Source: Verrucomicrobiales bacterium (lineage in GTDB: Bacteria > Verrucomicrobiota > Verrucomicrobiia > Verrucomicrobiales > V1-33). Taken from it: a DNA stretch of 64,000 nucleotides. The notes under the pieces were generated by a model. The model worked only from the letters and a program-made list of their open reading frames with translations, was not told the DNA's origin and made no database searches. The stretch lies in assembly GCA_031411295.1 (NCBI GenBank), contig JANOAV010000072.1, positions 1 to 64,000 of the forward strand, written 5' to 3'. The position numbers were made by a program, and so were the translations under genes. Below, in pieces: positions 1 through 8,925 of the stretch (positions within the stretch are counted from its first letter, which is position 1; each line of letters starts with the position of its first letter).

Positions 1-129
1 CAAGGAACGCCCGCCGAGGAGCTGTCCCCGCACCCTGCGCCAACCCGTCAAAGCCTGGCCCAAAACCAAAATCCCCAGCTCCCAACCGCTCGTCAAAACC
101 ATCACCATCACCAATCCTTAAAGGCATTG
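1..129 (+). mobile_element. Probable right end of an IS4-family element: transposase C-terminus (stop 119-121) plus terminal repeat
   Basis: Frame 2 reads KERPPRSCPRTLRQPVKAWPKTK...NP*, a basic R-x-x-P-R tail like IS4-family transposases, followed directly by TTAAAGGCATTG, which resembles IS4 ends (CAATGCC.. on the other strand). Truncated by the window edge. Confidence 0.45.
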
Positions 130-478
130 GCTTAAAAGCGGGACTCCAGCCCATGTTCCTCACAGTAGGCAAGCAATGCTGCGAGCCATCTTGTTGGTGA
201 TTTCCAGCAGATTCAGGGAGGCCAGCAGATTTTTTTTTGGCCATTCATCTGCTGGCCTTACAGAATCTGCTGGAAGCATAGCCTCAGACATCCTGCCCTG
301 CTGGAGAGCGGAGTCGTTTGGCAAAGACCAGTTGCACCGAGGAATCGGTTTGATAGGGAGCCGTCCGCAGGATTGAGCGCCCATTTTGTGAGCAGTCCAG
401 CGGACTGCTCCACATTCTACCTGATGCTTTGTGGCGATGGCTAGCCATGCGCCGGAGATTTCCCAGCAACCAGCAATC

Positions 479-952
479 TCAGCGCGGCGTCACCTTCAGT
501 TTCACCGGCGTGCGACCCAGTCGCTTCCAGTAACTCTCCTCCGCCGGGTCCACGATCACCATACTCCCGAGATTGCGCGTGAGGAACCTTCCCAAGTAAT
601 CCTGCTGCAACCATCGGTCGGTTGACGTTTGTTGCGGAAAGGGGAAAGCAAACTCCTTCGCTGGCTTGGCCTGAGCTTGGCGCACGACTAAAGTTTCCCT
701 GGTGGCCACGTTGGTGCCCAGCAGCACAAAGGGCAGATCCAGCCCTCTGGAAACGACGGTCGCCAGCGGCAGATCGATCGATTGGCCGACGGGCAATTTC
801 CGGCCCGGCATCCCATCCTTCCCGGCCTCATTCCGGGCCCCTTGGGAGGTAGCATACACCAACGCTCCCCCACTCTCGTTGCGCAGGGTAATCCGTGCGG
901 TTTGCGTGCAAGCAGAGAGCCCGCAGATGAGGATGAGATAAAGCGGTTTCAT
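479..952 (-). CDS. Hypothetical lipoprotein
   Basis: 157-aa ORF with signal peptide and lipobox-like LSAC. Confidence 0.6.
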   Translation of the reverse strand: MKPLYLILICGLSACTQTARITLRNESGGALVYATSQGARNEAGKDGMPGRKLPVGQSIDLPLATVVSRGLDLPFVLLGTNVATRETLVVRQAQAKPAKEFAFPFPQQTSTDRWLQQDYLGRFLTRNLGSMVIVDPAEESYWKRLGRTPVKLKVTPR

Positions 953-1171
953 TGAGCAAGTGGATTCACTGGTAACCCATCCCTCATTCGATCCTTAATT
1001 GCAAGTTTGGCTGCGACATACTTCAGGGCCCATTACCTTCCGGCGGCGGACCGGTGCGCCAACCTCAGGCTGGATTCGCTGGGGCCGGATTTCCTGAAAA
1101 CTGACGTCTTGAAACTTTCCTCCAGCGCTGCATGGTGGCGGTCTTACCATTTTCATTCCCTCCCCCACCCC

Positions 1172-1735
1172 ATGCTCCTCGTCATCGATAACTACGATTC
1201 CTTCACCTACAACCTCGTGCAATACTTCGGGGAACTGGGTGCGGAAATGCTGATTAAGCGCAATGACGAAATTACGCTGGAGGAAATCGCAGCGCTCAAG
1301 CCGGAGCGCATCTGCATTTCCCCCGGCCCGTGCACTCCCCTAGAGGCGGGGATTAGTTGCGATGTCATCCGCACGTTTGGCGAGCACACGCCGATCCTCG
1401 GGGTCTGCCTGGGACACCAATGCATGGGGCATGTCTTCGGGGGCGATGTGATCCGGGCCCCGCGACTGATGCATGGCAAGACCTCGCTGATTTATCATGA
1501 GGGCAAGGGAGTCTTTGCCGGGTTGCAACAACCGTTCGAGGCCACCCGTTATCACTCGCTGATCGTAAAACGCGAAACGTTTCCCGATTGTCTCGAAATC
1601 ACTGCCGAGACCAAGGAAAAGGAAGTGATGGGTCTGCGGCATCGGACCTTCCCGCTGCACGGCGTGCAGTTTCACCCCGAATCCATCCTAACGTTGGAAG
1701 GCAAGAAACTGCTGAACAATTTCCTTAAAATCTAA
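1172..1735 (+). CDS. trpG: Anthranilate/aminodeoxychorismate synthase component II (class I glutamine amidotransferase)
   Basis: [15 protein letters not shown] start, SPGPC, GVCLGHQ (catalytic Cys), RYHSL, QFHPES. Start moved to ATG 1172. Cannot distinguish trpG from pabA. Confidence 0.93.
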   Translation: MLLVIDNYDSFTYNLVQYFGELGAEMLIKRNDEITLEEIAALKPERICISPGPCTPLEAGISCDVIRTFGEHTPILGVCLGHQCMGHVFGGDVIRAPRLMHGKTSLIYHEGKGVFAGLQQPFEATRYHSLIVKRETFPDCLEITAETKEKEVMGLRHRTFPLHGVQFHPESILTLEGKKLLNNFLKI

Positions 1736-1767
1736 CGGCTGACGCCCCGTTCGTAAAATTTACCGCT

Positions 1768-2655
1768 ATGGAACTCATCGGCCTGCAAACAGATATCGCT
1801 TGGGAAGAACGGGATACCAACTACGCCCGGGTGCGGGAGATGCTGGCCGGGGCTCGCATCGCCCCGGGATCCCTGCTGGTGTTGCCGGAGTATTTTGCAG
1901 TTGGCTTCAGCATGGCCACCGAACGCGTGGCGGATCGGCGGCGGGAGTCGGAGGTGTTTCTGATGGATTTGGCCAAGCGCTATCAATCCTATGTCATCGG
2001 CGGGGTGGCCCGCATGGTGAAGACTGCGGATGGCGAGGCGGCGGCCAATGAGGCGCTCGTGATTGGGCCGGAGGGAAATTTACTCCGCAGTTATCGCAAG
2101 ATGCATCCCTTCGCCCTGGCAGGAGAAGCGGAACATTATCTGGCAGGGGAGGAAGTGCGCCTGGTGCAGTGCGGGGAGTTCTGTGTGGCCCCCACCATTT
2201 GCTATGATCTGCGTTTCCCGGAATTGTATCGCGCAGCCACCACCAAGGGAGCGGAATTGCTGGTGGTGATCGCCAACTGGCCCATCGTGCGCATTGACCA
2301 TTGGGTTACCCTGCTCAAGGCCCGGGCGATTGAAAATCAAGCGTATGTCATTGGGGTAAATCGCGTCGGTCAGGATCCGGGCCATCATTACAATGGGAAA
2401 AGCCTCATCGTGGACCCACGTGGCCAAGTGCTGGCAGAAGCAGGAGATCAGGCCACGATCATCCGTGGCCACGCCGACCGCCGCGTGCTCCAGGACTGGC
2501 GCATGGCGTTCCCAGCCTTGCTGGATCGACGGACTTCGCTGGGCGATGGCGGACTGCCTGAAGCGGACTTGGATGATTCCGCAGAGCCGACACCTTTCCC
2601 CAACCCTCAGCACCTGCCCGCAGAACCCGTGGCCGTCTGGCAAACTCAACTCTGA
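1768..2655 (+). CDS. Nitrilase-superfamily carbon-nitrogen hydrolase (omega-amidase/YafV-like)
   Basis: E-K-C triad motifs LPEYF, YRKMHPF, ICYDLRFPE; ARAIENQ. Confidence 0.88.
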   Translation: MELIGLQTDIAWEERDTNYARVREMLAGARIAPGSLLVLPEYFAVGFSMATERVADRRRESEVFLMDLAKRYQSYVIGGVARMVKTADGEAAANEALVIGPEGNLLRSYRKMHPFALAGEAEHYLAGEEVRLVQCGEFCVAPTICYDLRFPELYRAATTKGAELLVVIANWPIVRIDHWVTLLKARAIENQAYVIGVNRVGQDPGHHYNGKSLIVDPRGQVLAEAGDQATIIRGHADRRVLQDWRMAFPALLDRRTSLGDGGLPEADLDDSAEPTPFPNPQHLPAEPVAVWQTQL

Positions 2656-2713
2656 TGCCGTCCCGGTTCATTCCTTGTTGCCACCCGGGCGAATCTGCAT
2701 TTTATAGAACCAC

Positions 2714-3814
2714 ATGACTCTGGAGGAAATTAGAAAACAAATCGATGCCGTCGATGGTGACCTGTTGCGCTTACTTAATGCCCGTGCCGATCTGGTGCAC
2801 GAAGTGGGCGTGATTAAGAAACGCGACGGCTTGGAAATCTATGCCCCAGAGCGGGAAGACGCCTTGTTGCAGAATCTGGCCAAGCGCAATCAAGGCTTGG
2901 GCCGACTGCCGGAGAAATCCATTCGGGCGATTTACCGGGAAATCATGTCGGCGGCCCTGGCGTTGGAGCAGGACCTGCGCATCGCTTATCTGGGGCCGGA
3001 AGGAACTTGGACGCATCAGGCCTCGCTGAATAAATTCGGCCAGAGCGTGGAATATGTGCCCATGGCAAATTTCGCAGAAGTGTTCGACGAAGTTGCCCGC
3101 CGCCGGGCGGATTACGGAGTCGTGCCGATTGAAAATTCCACGGAAGGTGCCGTAAACCACACGCTGGATCTCTTTGCCGACAGCTCGTTGCGGATCTGCG
3201 CGCAGATTCTGCTGCGCATCGAAAACGCCCTGCTGGCAAATTGCGCCAAGGAAGAAATCGAGGTCATTTACAGCCACCCGCAAGTCTTCGGGCAGTGTCG
3301 GAATTATCTCCTGAAAAATTTCCCGAAAATCCCCCTCGTGGAATGCAGCAGCACCACCCAAGCCGCCATCCAGGCCGCCAAGAACCCCAAAGCCGCGGCC
3401 ATGGGCGGGGTGCTGGCGGGCAATCTGAATGGGCTCGCAGTCCTGGACAAGAGCGTGCAGGACAGCGCCACGAATACGACGCGTTTCCTCGTGCTCAGCG
3501 AACGCACGTGCCCGCCCACTGGAAATGATCGCACCAGCATCATGTTCAGCGTCCGCAACGAGCCGGGCTCGCTTTACAATGCGCTGGCACCATTTAATCG
3601 CTTCCATATCAACATGTCGAAGATCGAAAGCCGCCCCAGCAAACGCCGGGATTGGGAATACTTCTTCTTCGTCGATATGCGCGGCCACTGTGAAGAGCCG
3701 GAATTCGTCAGCGCCTTGGAAGAGTTAGGCAAACATTGCAGCTTCGTGAAGATCCTGGGCAGTTATCCTAACAACGAGGAAACTGCCACCGTCGAACCAC
3801 GAACCACGGTCTAA
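2714..3814 (+). CDS. pheA: Chorismate mutase / prephenate dehydratase (P-protein)
   Basis: N-terminal CM (LEEIRKQIDAVD), AYLGPEGT, VPIENSTEG, NTTRF, IESRP, C-terminal ACT with LGSYP. Confidence 0.95.
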   Translation: MTLEEIRKQIDAVDGDLLRLLNARADLVHEVGVIKKRDGLEIYAPEREDALLQNLAKRNQGLGRLPEKSIRAIYREIMSAALALEQDLRIAYLGPEGTWTHQASLNKFGQSVEYVPMANFAEVFDEVARRRADYGVVPIENSTEGAVNHTLDLFADSSLRICAQILLRIENALLANCAKEEIEVIYSHPQVFGQCRNYLLKNFPKIPLVECSSTTQAAIQAAKNPKAAAMGGVLAGNLNGLAVLDKSVQDSATNTTRFLVLSERTCPPTGNDRTSIMFSVRNEPGSLYNALAPFNRFHINMSKIESRPSKRRDWEYFFFVDMRGHCEEPEFVSALEELGKHCSFVKILGSYPNNEETATVEPRTTV

Positions 3815-3940
3815 GACGGTTGGTCCGAATTTGGCCTGCGGAGATCATCAGTTTCCGCAATGGCGACTTCACCATTAGTAATTCGCATTGCTGAGTCAGC
3901 GTGAGATCGTGTTCCCATCACCATCTACCAACTAACGACA

Positions 3941-4585
3941 ATGACTCTGCAACCTACCGAACCCCGTCTCCCACTTTGGCTTAAGCTCGCATTTACCGCC
4001 TTCCTGCTGGTCATGGTGCCAGTCTATTGGGTCAACTATGGTCCCACGAACTTCCTCTACTTCTGCGATATCTCCCTGTTCCTGGTGGCCATTTCGCTGT
4101 GGACGGAACGCTCTCTGCCAGCCTCCATGGCCGCCGTCGGCATTCTGATCCCACAACTCCTCTGGTGCTGTGATTTCCTCGCTGGACTACTCGGGATCAA
4201 ACTTTTCGGCATGACCGACTATATGTTCGATGCGCGCAACTCTCTGTTCCTCCGCAGTCTCTCCTTCTTCCATGGCTGGCTCCCCTTCCTTATCGTCTTC
4301 CTCGTGAAACGGCTGGGCTATGACCGCCGAGCCCTGTGGGCCTGGACCGGCTTGGGCTGGAGCCTGTGCCTGATTGCCTATTTCTTCCTCCCTCCTGCCG
4401 GAGCCATCCTGGCCGATTCCAAGATCCCCCGCAACGTGGACTATGTTTTCGGGTTAAACGATGCCGCGCCCCAGACCATGATGCCCGCCCCAGCCTACCT
4501 GATCGTCTGGATGCTGGTGCTCCTCTGCGCAGCCTATCTCCCCACGCATCTGCTCCTGAAGCGTTTCGCCAAGCGCTGTGACTAG
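3941..4585 (+). CDS. Integral membrane protein of unknown function
   Basis: 214 aa, several hydrophobic helices, NFLYFCD and SFFHGW conserved-looking motifs. Confidence 0.75.
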   Translation: MTLQPTEPRLPLWLKLAFTAFLLVMVPVYWVNYGPTNFLYFCDISLFLVAISLWTERSLPASMAAVGILIPQLLWCCDFLAGLLGIKLFGMTDYMFDARNSLFLRSLSFFHGWLPFLIVFLVKRLGYDRRALWAWTGLGWSLCLIAYFFLPPAGAILADSKIPRNVDYVFGLNDAAPQTMMPAPAYLIVWMLVLLCAAYLPTHLLLKRFAKRCD

Positions 4586-4647
4586 AGGATTAATCAGTCC
4601 GCCTGACCGCAAGTTCGGGATTCCTTACGCGCAAGGAGGGATAACGC

Positions 4648-4889
4648 ATCGCCCGGCCGCATCACGCCTCCGGCCGGGTGAAGCGCTCGGTGGTTAGGGC
4701 TTCGGGGAGTTTGGCGGGATTGGCCGCATCAATGCCCAACTGCTTAAGCAAATCATCGATCATGGGCATTTGCAGGCGGTGTTTCATCAACGCCCCGACT
4801 AACTGATTTGGCATGTTCCCACCAGCCGCAGTGACGGTAGGATCGCTGCCGCCTCCACCGCTGCCGCCAAAGAGCGGACCGTTGGTGCT
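4648..4889 (-). pseudogene. Orphan fragment duplicating the 3' end of the flotillin gene (inverted copy of 42332-42573)
   Basis: Manual alignment: 242 bp, no gaps, 8 mismatches. Encodes STNGPLFGG...ERFTRPEA* preceded by an in-frame TAA. Confidence 0.85.
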
Positions 4890-5157
4890 TTATCAAGGAC
4901 CAGTGTCAGCAATAGCCGATTTTTCTAGAAAGGACAATTGAAATCCGCTGTGAAAGCAGGGCCCAGGCGAGGACGTTGATGAAATGCCAGTTAATCAGGG
5001 CGTATTCTGGATAGCCGGTGTGAGCTGTCAACTTGTCGCACGGGTCATCCGTGAACTTCGCTGTTGCACGAATGGTTCGGTAGCCACCTCTGGCTCCCTG
5101 TTTGAAGGGGCCGCCTCGGCCCTTGCGTTGTGGGAAAAGTGGAATTAGGGAAGATTT

Positions 5158-6348
5158 GTGTTTGTTGATCATATAAAAATTTATGCTAAGGCAGGAAGCG
5201 GGGGCGATGGTTCTACCAGTTTTCGGCGCGAGAAGTTCATTCCCCGTGGCGGTCCAGATGGAGGCGACGGCGGAAAGGGGGCGGATATTATCTTGGTCGT
5301 GGATCAACATACGGACACGCTAAAGACTTTCTTTTACAGCCCCAACCTGCGTGGGGAGCACGGCGGACGTGGTGCCGGACGGCAGAAAAGCGGCAAGGGC
5401 GGCAAAGATCTGCGTTTGTTGGTCCCTCCAGGGACGTTGGTTTACAAGATGCGGGATGTGCCGGTGGTGCCCGTAGGAACCCGCTTGGATGATCTGGAGC
5501 CACTGCCCGAAGCCATCGTGGGGGACGGATTCTTTATCGATGAAGTGGTTGATGAAGAGGAGGAAAGCGTCAAAAGCTCCCTCGAGCGCACGATTGGTCC
5601 TGAAGGTGGCGAGCTGGAACTCATTGCCGACCTCACGACGGTGGGTCAGGAATGTGTCCTTGCCCGCGGCGGCAAGGGCGGTAAGGGCAACATGAATTTC
5701 AAAACGGCCACGCACCAAGCGCCCCTGGAATTTACCCCGGGAGCACCAGGCGAGGAAGGCATTTATTACATGGAGTTGCGGCAGATTGCGGATGCCGGCC
5801 TCGTAGGATTTCCCAATGCTGGCAAGAGCACCATCCTGAGCAAAGTATCCGCCGCCACCCCCAAAGTGGCCGCCTATCCGTTCACGACGTTGAAGCCAAG
5901 CGTGGGCGTGGTGGAATATCCCGAATACAAGCGTCTGACGCTGGCGGACATTCCAGGGATCATCGAAGGAGCGCATGAAAACGTGGGCCTGGGCTACGAG
6001 TTCCTACGCCACATTCTGCGCTGTCGTTTGTTGTTATTCGTGCTGGATATGGCGGGCAGTGAAGGTCGCCATCCGGTGGACGACTTGGCTACGCTGCGGA
6101 CTGAAGTTTCCCTCTACGACGAACAACTCGCCAAGCGCCCATGGATCGTGGTGGCCAATAAAATGGACCTGCCCGAATCCGAGGAATACTTGGCCCAGTG
6201 TAAACAGCGTTTCCCCAGAGTGAAATTCATCCCCATTTCCGCAGGCGATGGCACCGGCTTGGAAGCGCTGAAGAAGGAAATGTGGACCCGCACGCAGAAG
6301 GATAAATCTGATCAAAAAGCAAAAGCCGCGGCCACGCCTACGGCCTGA
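5158..6348 (+). CDS. obgE: GTPase ObgE/CgtA
   Basis: GTG start; FRREKFIPRGGPDGGDGG Obg fold; G1 GFPNAGKS, YPFTT, DIPG, NKMD. Confidence 0.96.
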   Translation: MFVDHIKIYAKAGSGGDGSTSFRREKFIPRGGPDGGDGGKGADIILVVDQHTDTLKTFFYSPNLRGEHGGRGAGRQKSGKGGKDLRLLVPPGTLVYKMRDVPVVPVGTRLDDLEPLPEAIVGDGFFIDEVVDEEEESVKSSLERTIGPEGGELELIADLTTVGQECVLARGGKGGKGNMNFKTATHQAPLEFTPGAPGEEGIYYMELRQIADAGLVGFPNAGKSTILSKVSAATPKVAAYPFTTLKPSVGVVEYPEYKRLTLADIPGIIEGAHENVGLGYEFLRHILRCRLLLFVLDMAGSEGRHPVDDLATLRTEVSLYDEQLAKRPWIVVANKMDLPESEEYLAQCKQRFPRVKFIPISAGDGTGLEALKKEMWTRTQKDKSDQKAKAAATPTA

Positions 6349-6355
6349 TGCCGGA

Positions 6356-6427
6356 AGTTTTCAGTTTTCAGCTTTCAGTTTTGAGACGATAGCAGGGCAC
6401 TGAAAACTGAACTCTGAAAACTGAACT
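6356..6427. repeat. Heptamer-based (GTTTTCA) tandem and inverted repeat hairpin between obgE and rlmB
   Basis: Left arm agttttcagttttcagctttcagttttg; right arm cactgaaaactgaactctgaaaactgaact. Confidence 0.75.
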
Positions 6428-6436
6428 CCTGATCCC

Positions 6437-7063
6437 ATGCGCCGACCCGCCCGCCAAACTCCCAATCGTTCCCACGATCGTCCTAATGCCAAGGACGGCT
6501 TCCGCACGCACAAACACACGAACTACGATCTAGCCCCCGAGGTCCGGGTGGAGGAGGATTTATTCGAGATCATTAAGGATCAGCCGAATGCGTTGGTGCT
6601 GATTCTGGACGGTATCACCGATCCCCACAATCTGGGCGCCTGTCTGCGCAGCGCGGATGCCGCCGGTGTTCATGCCGTAGTCGTCCCCAAAGATAACGCG
6701 TGCACGATCACGGATACCGTTCGCCACATCGCGTGCGGAGCGGCGGAGAGAGTTCCGTTCATCCAAGTGACCAATCTGGCCCGCTGTCTGGACAAGCTCA
6801 AGACCGCCGGAGTCTGGTTAGTCGGCACGGCCGATGAAACGGACAAACTGCTCTACGACATCGATCTGAACGGCCCCATCGGCATCATCATGGGTGCAGA
6901 AGGTCCCGGCATGAGACGGCTCACCGCGGAGAATTGCGATTTCCTGGTGAAGATCCCCATGCAGGGAAGTGTCCCCTGCTTAAATGTTAGCGTAGCCACG
7001 GGCGTGTGTCTGTTTGAAGTCGTCCGCCAGCGCATGGTGAAGGCTGGGAAGCTGAAGAAGTAG
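6437..7063 (+). CDS. rlmB: SPOUT TrmH-family RNA 2'-O-methyltransferase, RlmB-like
   Basis: [44 protein letters not shown]. Confidence 0.85.
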   Translation: MRRPARQTPNRSHDRPNAKDGFRTHKHTNYDLAPEVRVEEDLFEIIKDQPNALVLILDGITDPHNLGACLRSADAAGVHAVVVPKDNACTITDTVRHIACGAAERVPFIQVTNLARCLDKLKTAGVWLVGTADETDKLLYDIDLNGPIGIIMGAEGPGMRRLTAENCDFLVKIPMQGSVPCLNVSVATGVCLFEVVRQRMVKAGKLKK

Positions 7064-7080
7064 GCAAGTGATGATCCACT

Positions 7081-7536
7081 TCACAACTGCACCGTGAACG
7101 CCTGTCCGAACCCTGCCACGAAGCGGATTTCGGAAATCTGTATTCGCAAGAGATCAAAATCTCCCAGGGAGAACATCATGCGGCTGGACGGCAGCTTCGC
7201 TAAATAGATGGCCTCGGACCAGGCGTAGTCCGGGTCGGAGCGCTCCACCACCGTGGCCAGGCCCCGCAGGGAGGCACGTTTCAGTTGCAGCGGTTGGCCC
7301 CGGTCATTGTCCTGTTCGTGGACTAGCAGACTGCATTCAGGGTGGGACATGAGGGCACGTTTGTGGGCGGAGAGCCCGCTCAAATGAAGCAACACCGAGT
7401 GCTTTTCCTCATCCCAAGCAAATGCCACCATGGCGGTTGCGGGGACGCCCCCGTCCAACACGGCCAGCGTGGCGACGCGTTCCTCGGTCAGGAGCGTGTG
7501 CAGCGATTGGCGTTGGGCTTCAGAAATCTGCGACAT
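7081..7536 (-). CDS. Pyridoxamine 5'-phosphate oxidase-like / HugZ-family split-barrel protein
   Basis: VATLA, LSGLSAHKRAL..P.CSLLV, LGDFDL, RFVAGFGQA. Start set at ATG 7536. Confidence 0.8.
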   Translation of the reverse strand: MSQISEAQRQSLHTLLTEERVATLAVLDGGVPATAMVAFAWDEEKHSVLLHLSGLSAHKRALMSHPECSLLVHEQDNDRGQPLQLKRASLRGLATVVERSDPDYAWSEAIYLAKLPSSRMMFSLGDFDLLRIQISEIRFVAGFGQAFTVQL

Positions 7537-7677
7537 GGTGGGATCAGGAAAAATGTTTTCCCAAACACCAGAGCAAGTTTTCCCCGCCGTGACAATCAAG
7601 AAGACGCAGCGACTTCATTTTCAGCGGAAATTTGCACTGGATTTTTCCCGGAGGTGGTTTAGGGATGGTCTCGTTAT

Positions 7678-7754
7678 GGTGGCTGTAGCTCAGTCGGTAG
7701 AGCCCCAGATTGTGATTCTGGTTGTCGCGGGTTCGAGCCCCGTCGGTCACCCCA
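7678..7754 (+). tRNA. tRNA-His (GUG)
   Basis: G-1 plus acceptor GTGGCTG/CGGTCAC, discriminator C and encoded CCA; anticodon arm CCAGA-TTGTGAT-TCTGG; T loop GGTTCGAGCC. Confidence 0.97.
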
Positions 7755-7812
7755 TTTCTCTTACTCCTTCATTTAGAACTAGTTAGCCAGCCTCCACCGG
7801 TCGGTCCAGTTT

Positions 7813-8511
7813 ATGCTAGAAACCCTGGAAACCAAACTTGGCTACTCCTTCAAGCGCCCCGAGTTACTCGAGCAGGCATTGACGCATCCTAGTCTAAGCT
7901 ACGAAACGCAGCGCGCCTCCGGCCAGGATAATCAGCGCTTGGAGTTTCTGGGGGATGCTGTGCTCCAGCTCATCCTGACGCACGAACTCTTTAATCGTTT
8001 CTCCGATTTCAATGAAGGAGCCCTCACCAAATTGCGCTCCCGCTTGGTGTCCCGCAGTGCCTTGATGGAATACGCCCGGGAAATTCAGCTGGGCGATTTC
8101 CTGCGCATGGGTCGGGGCGAGGAATCCAGTGGCGGACGCTCCCGGCCCTCTGCTCTGGCGGATGCCTTTGAGGCCGTCGTGGCGGCAGTCTATCTGGATG
8201 GCGACTACAGTGCCGCCCGGCAAGTGGTCCTGAATTTGCTGGAAGATCACTTGGTGCTTCTGACCGAACAACCGATCGAAGTGAACCCCAAGGGGCAACT
8301 GCAAGAATTGCTGCAGTCCAAATCCACCGGCAGCCCGAATTATACCATCATCAGCCAAGAGGGCCCAGACCACGCCAAGCGCTTCGAGGCCAACGTCGAG
8401 TGGTCCGGAGAGATCCTTGGTTCCGGTTCCGGTCAAAGCAAGAAGGAAGCGGAAATTGCCGCCGCCCGCATGGCCCTCCAGCATCCATCGCTGAAAAAAC
8501 TGCTACCCTAG
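7813..8511 (+). CDS. rnc: Ribonuclease III
   Basis: ALTHPS, NQRLEFLGDAVL, ADAFEA; C-terminal dsRBD (NPKGQLQE, GPDH, SKKEAE). Confidence 0.96.
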   Translation: MLETLETKLGYSFKRPELLEQALTHPSLSYETQRASGQDNQRLEFLGDAVLQLILTHELFNRFSDFNEGALTKLRSRLVSRSALMEYAREIQLGDFLRMGRGEESSGGRSRPSALADAFEAVVAAVYLDGDYSAARQVVLNLLEDHLVLLTEQPIEVNPKGQLQELLQSKSTGSPNYTIISQEGPDHAKRFEANVEWSGEILGSGSGQSKKEAEIAAARMALQHPSLKKLLP

Positions 8512-8516
8512 CTCAC

Positions 8517-8867
8517 ATGACTCATTGGCTGGAAAAGCTGCAAGCCTTTCGTGGACTTCACTTCGGAGAACCACCAGAGCCTGATTTGTTTCGGTTTATG
8601 ACACAGGAAGAGGCTGACATGGTGACGAACGATTACACCAGCGAGATTGGGCTGAAGGAGTTTTTCCCGATCGGGTGGTTTGGGACGGGGGATTTCGTCT
8701 GCGCCCATCCCTCCGGGACGTTATTCGTGGTGCTCTCCGACACCTTCGAATGGTGCGACTCGGATGTCGCTTTGGATGAACTCCTGCGGCGGTCAGAGGC
8801 TGCCGATGAGGCACTGGAAGAAGATGTTTACTCCAGAAATCCACCCAGTTTCATAGATTCCCCGTGA
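8517..8867 (+). CDS. Small acidic hypothetical protein, possibly SMI1/KNR4 (SUKH)-like
   Basis: ATG 5 nt after the rnc stop; FFPIGWFGTGDFVC resembles the SUKH motif. Confidence 0.5.
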   Translation: MTHWLEKLQAFRGLHFGEPPEPDLFRFMTQEEADMVTNDYTSEIGLKEFFPIGWFGTGDFVCAHPSGTLFVVLSDTFEWCDSDVALDELLRRSEAADEALEEDVYSRNPPSFIDSP

Positions 8868-8925
8868 GTTTGGTTACGAACCCCCGTAAGTGCAGACCGT
8901 GCAGAATCGGTTACAGATGGCAGGT

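Noticed and set aside
4648..4889. DGR template/variable repeat pair with the flotillin 3' end
   Set aside because: Mismatches are not confined to adenines in either copy (C/T and G/C changes occur), and there is no reverse transcriptase in the window.
4906..5310. 134-aa minus-strand ORF
   Set aside because: It overlaps the obgE start in antisense and has no recognisable motif.
7678..7812. tRNA-His as an integration site for an island
   Set aside because: No integrase nearby and no repeat of the tRNA 3' end noticed in the window.
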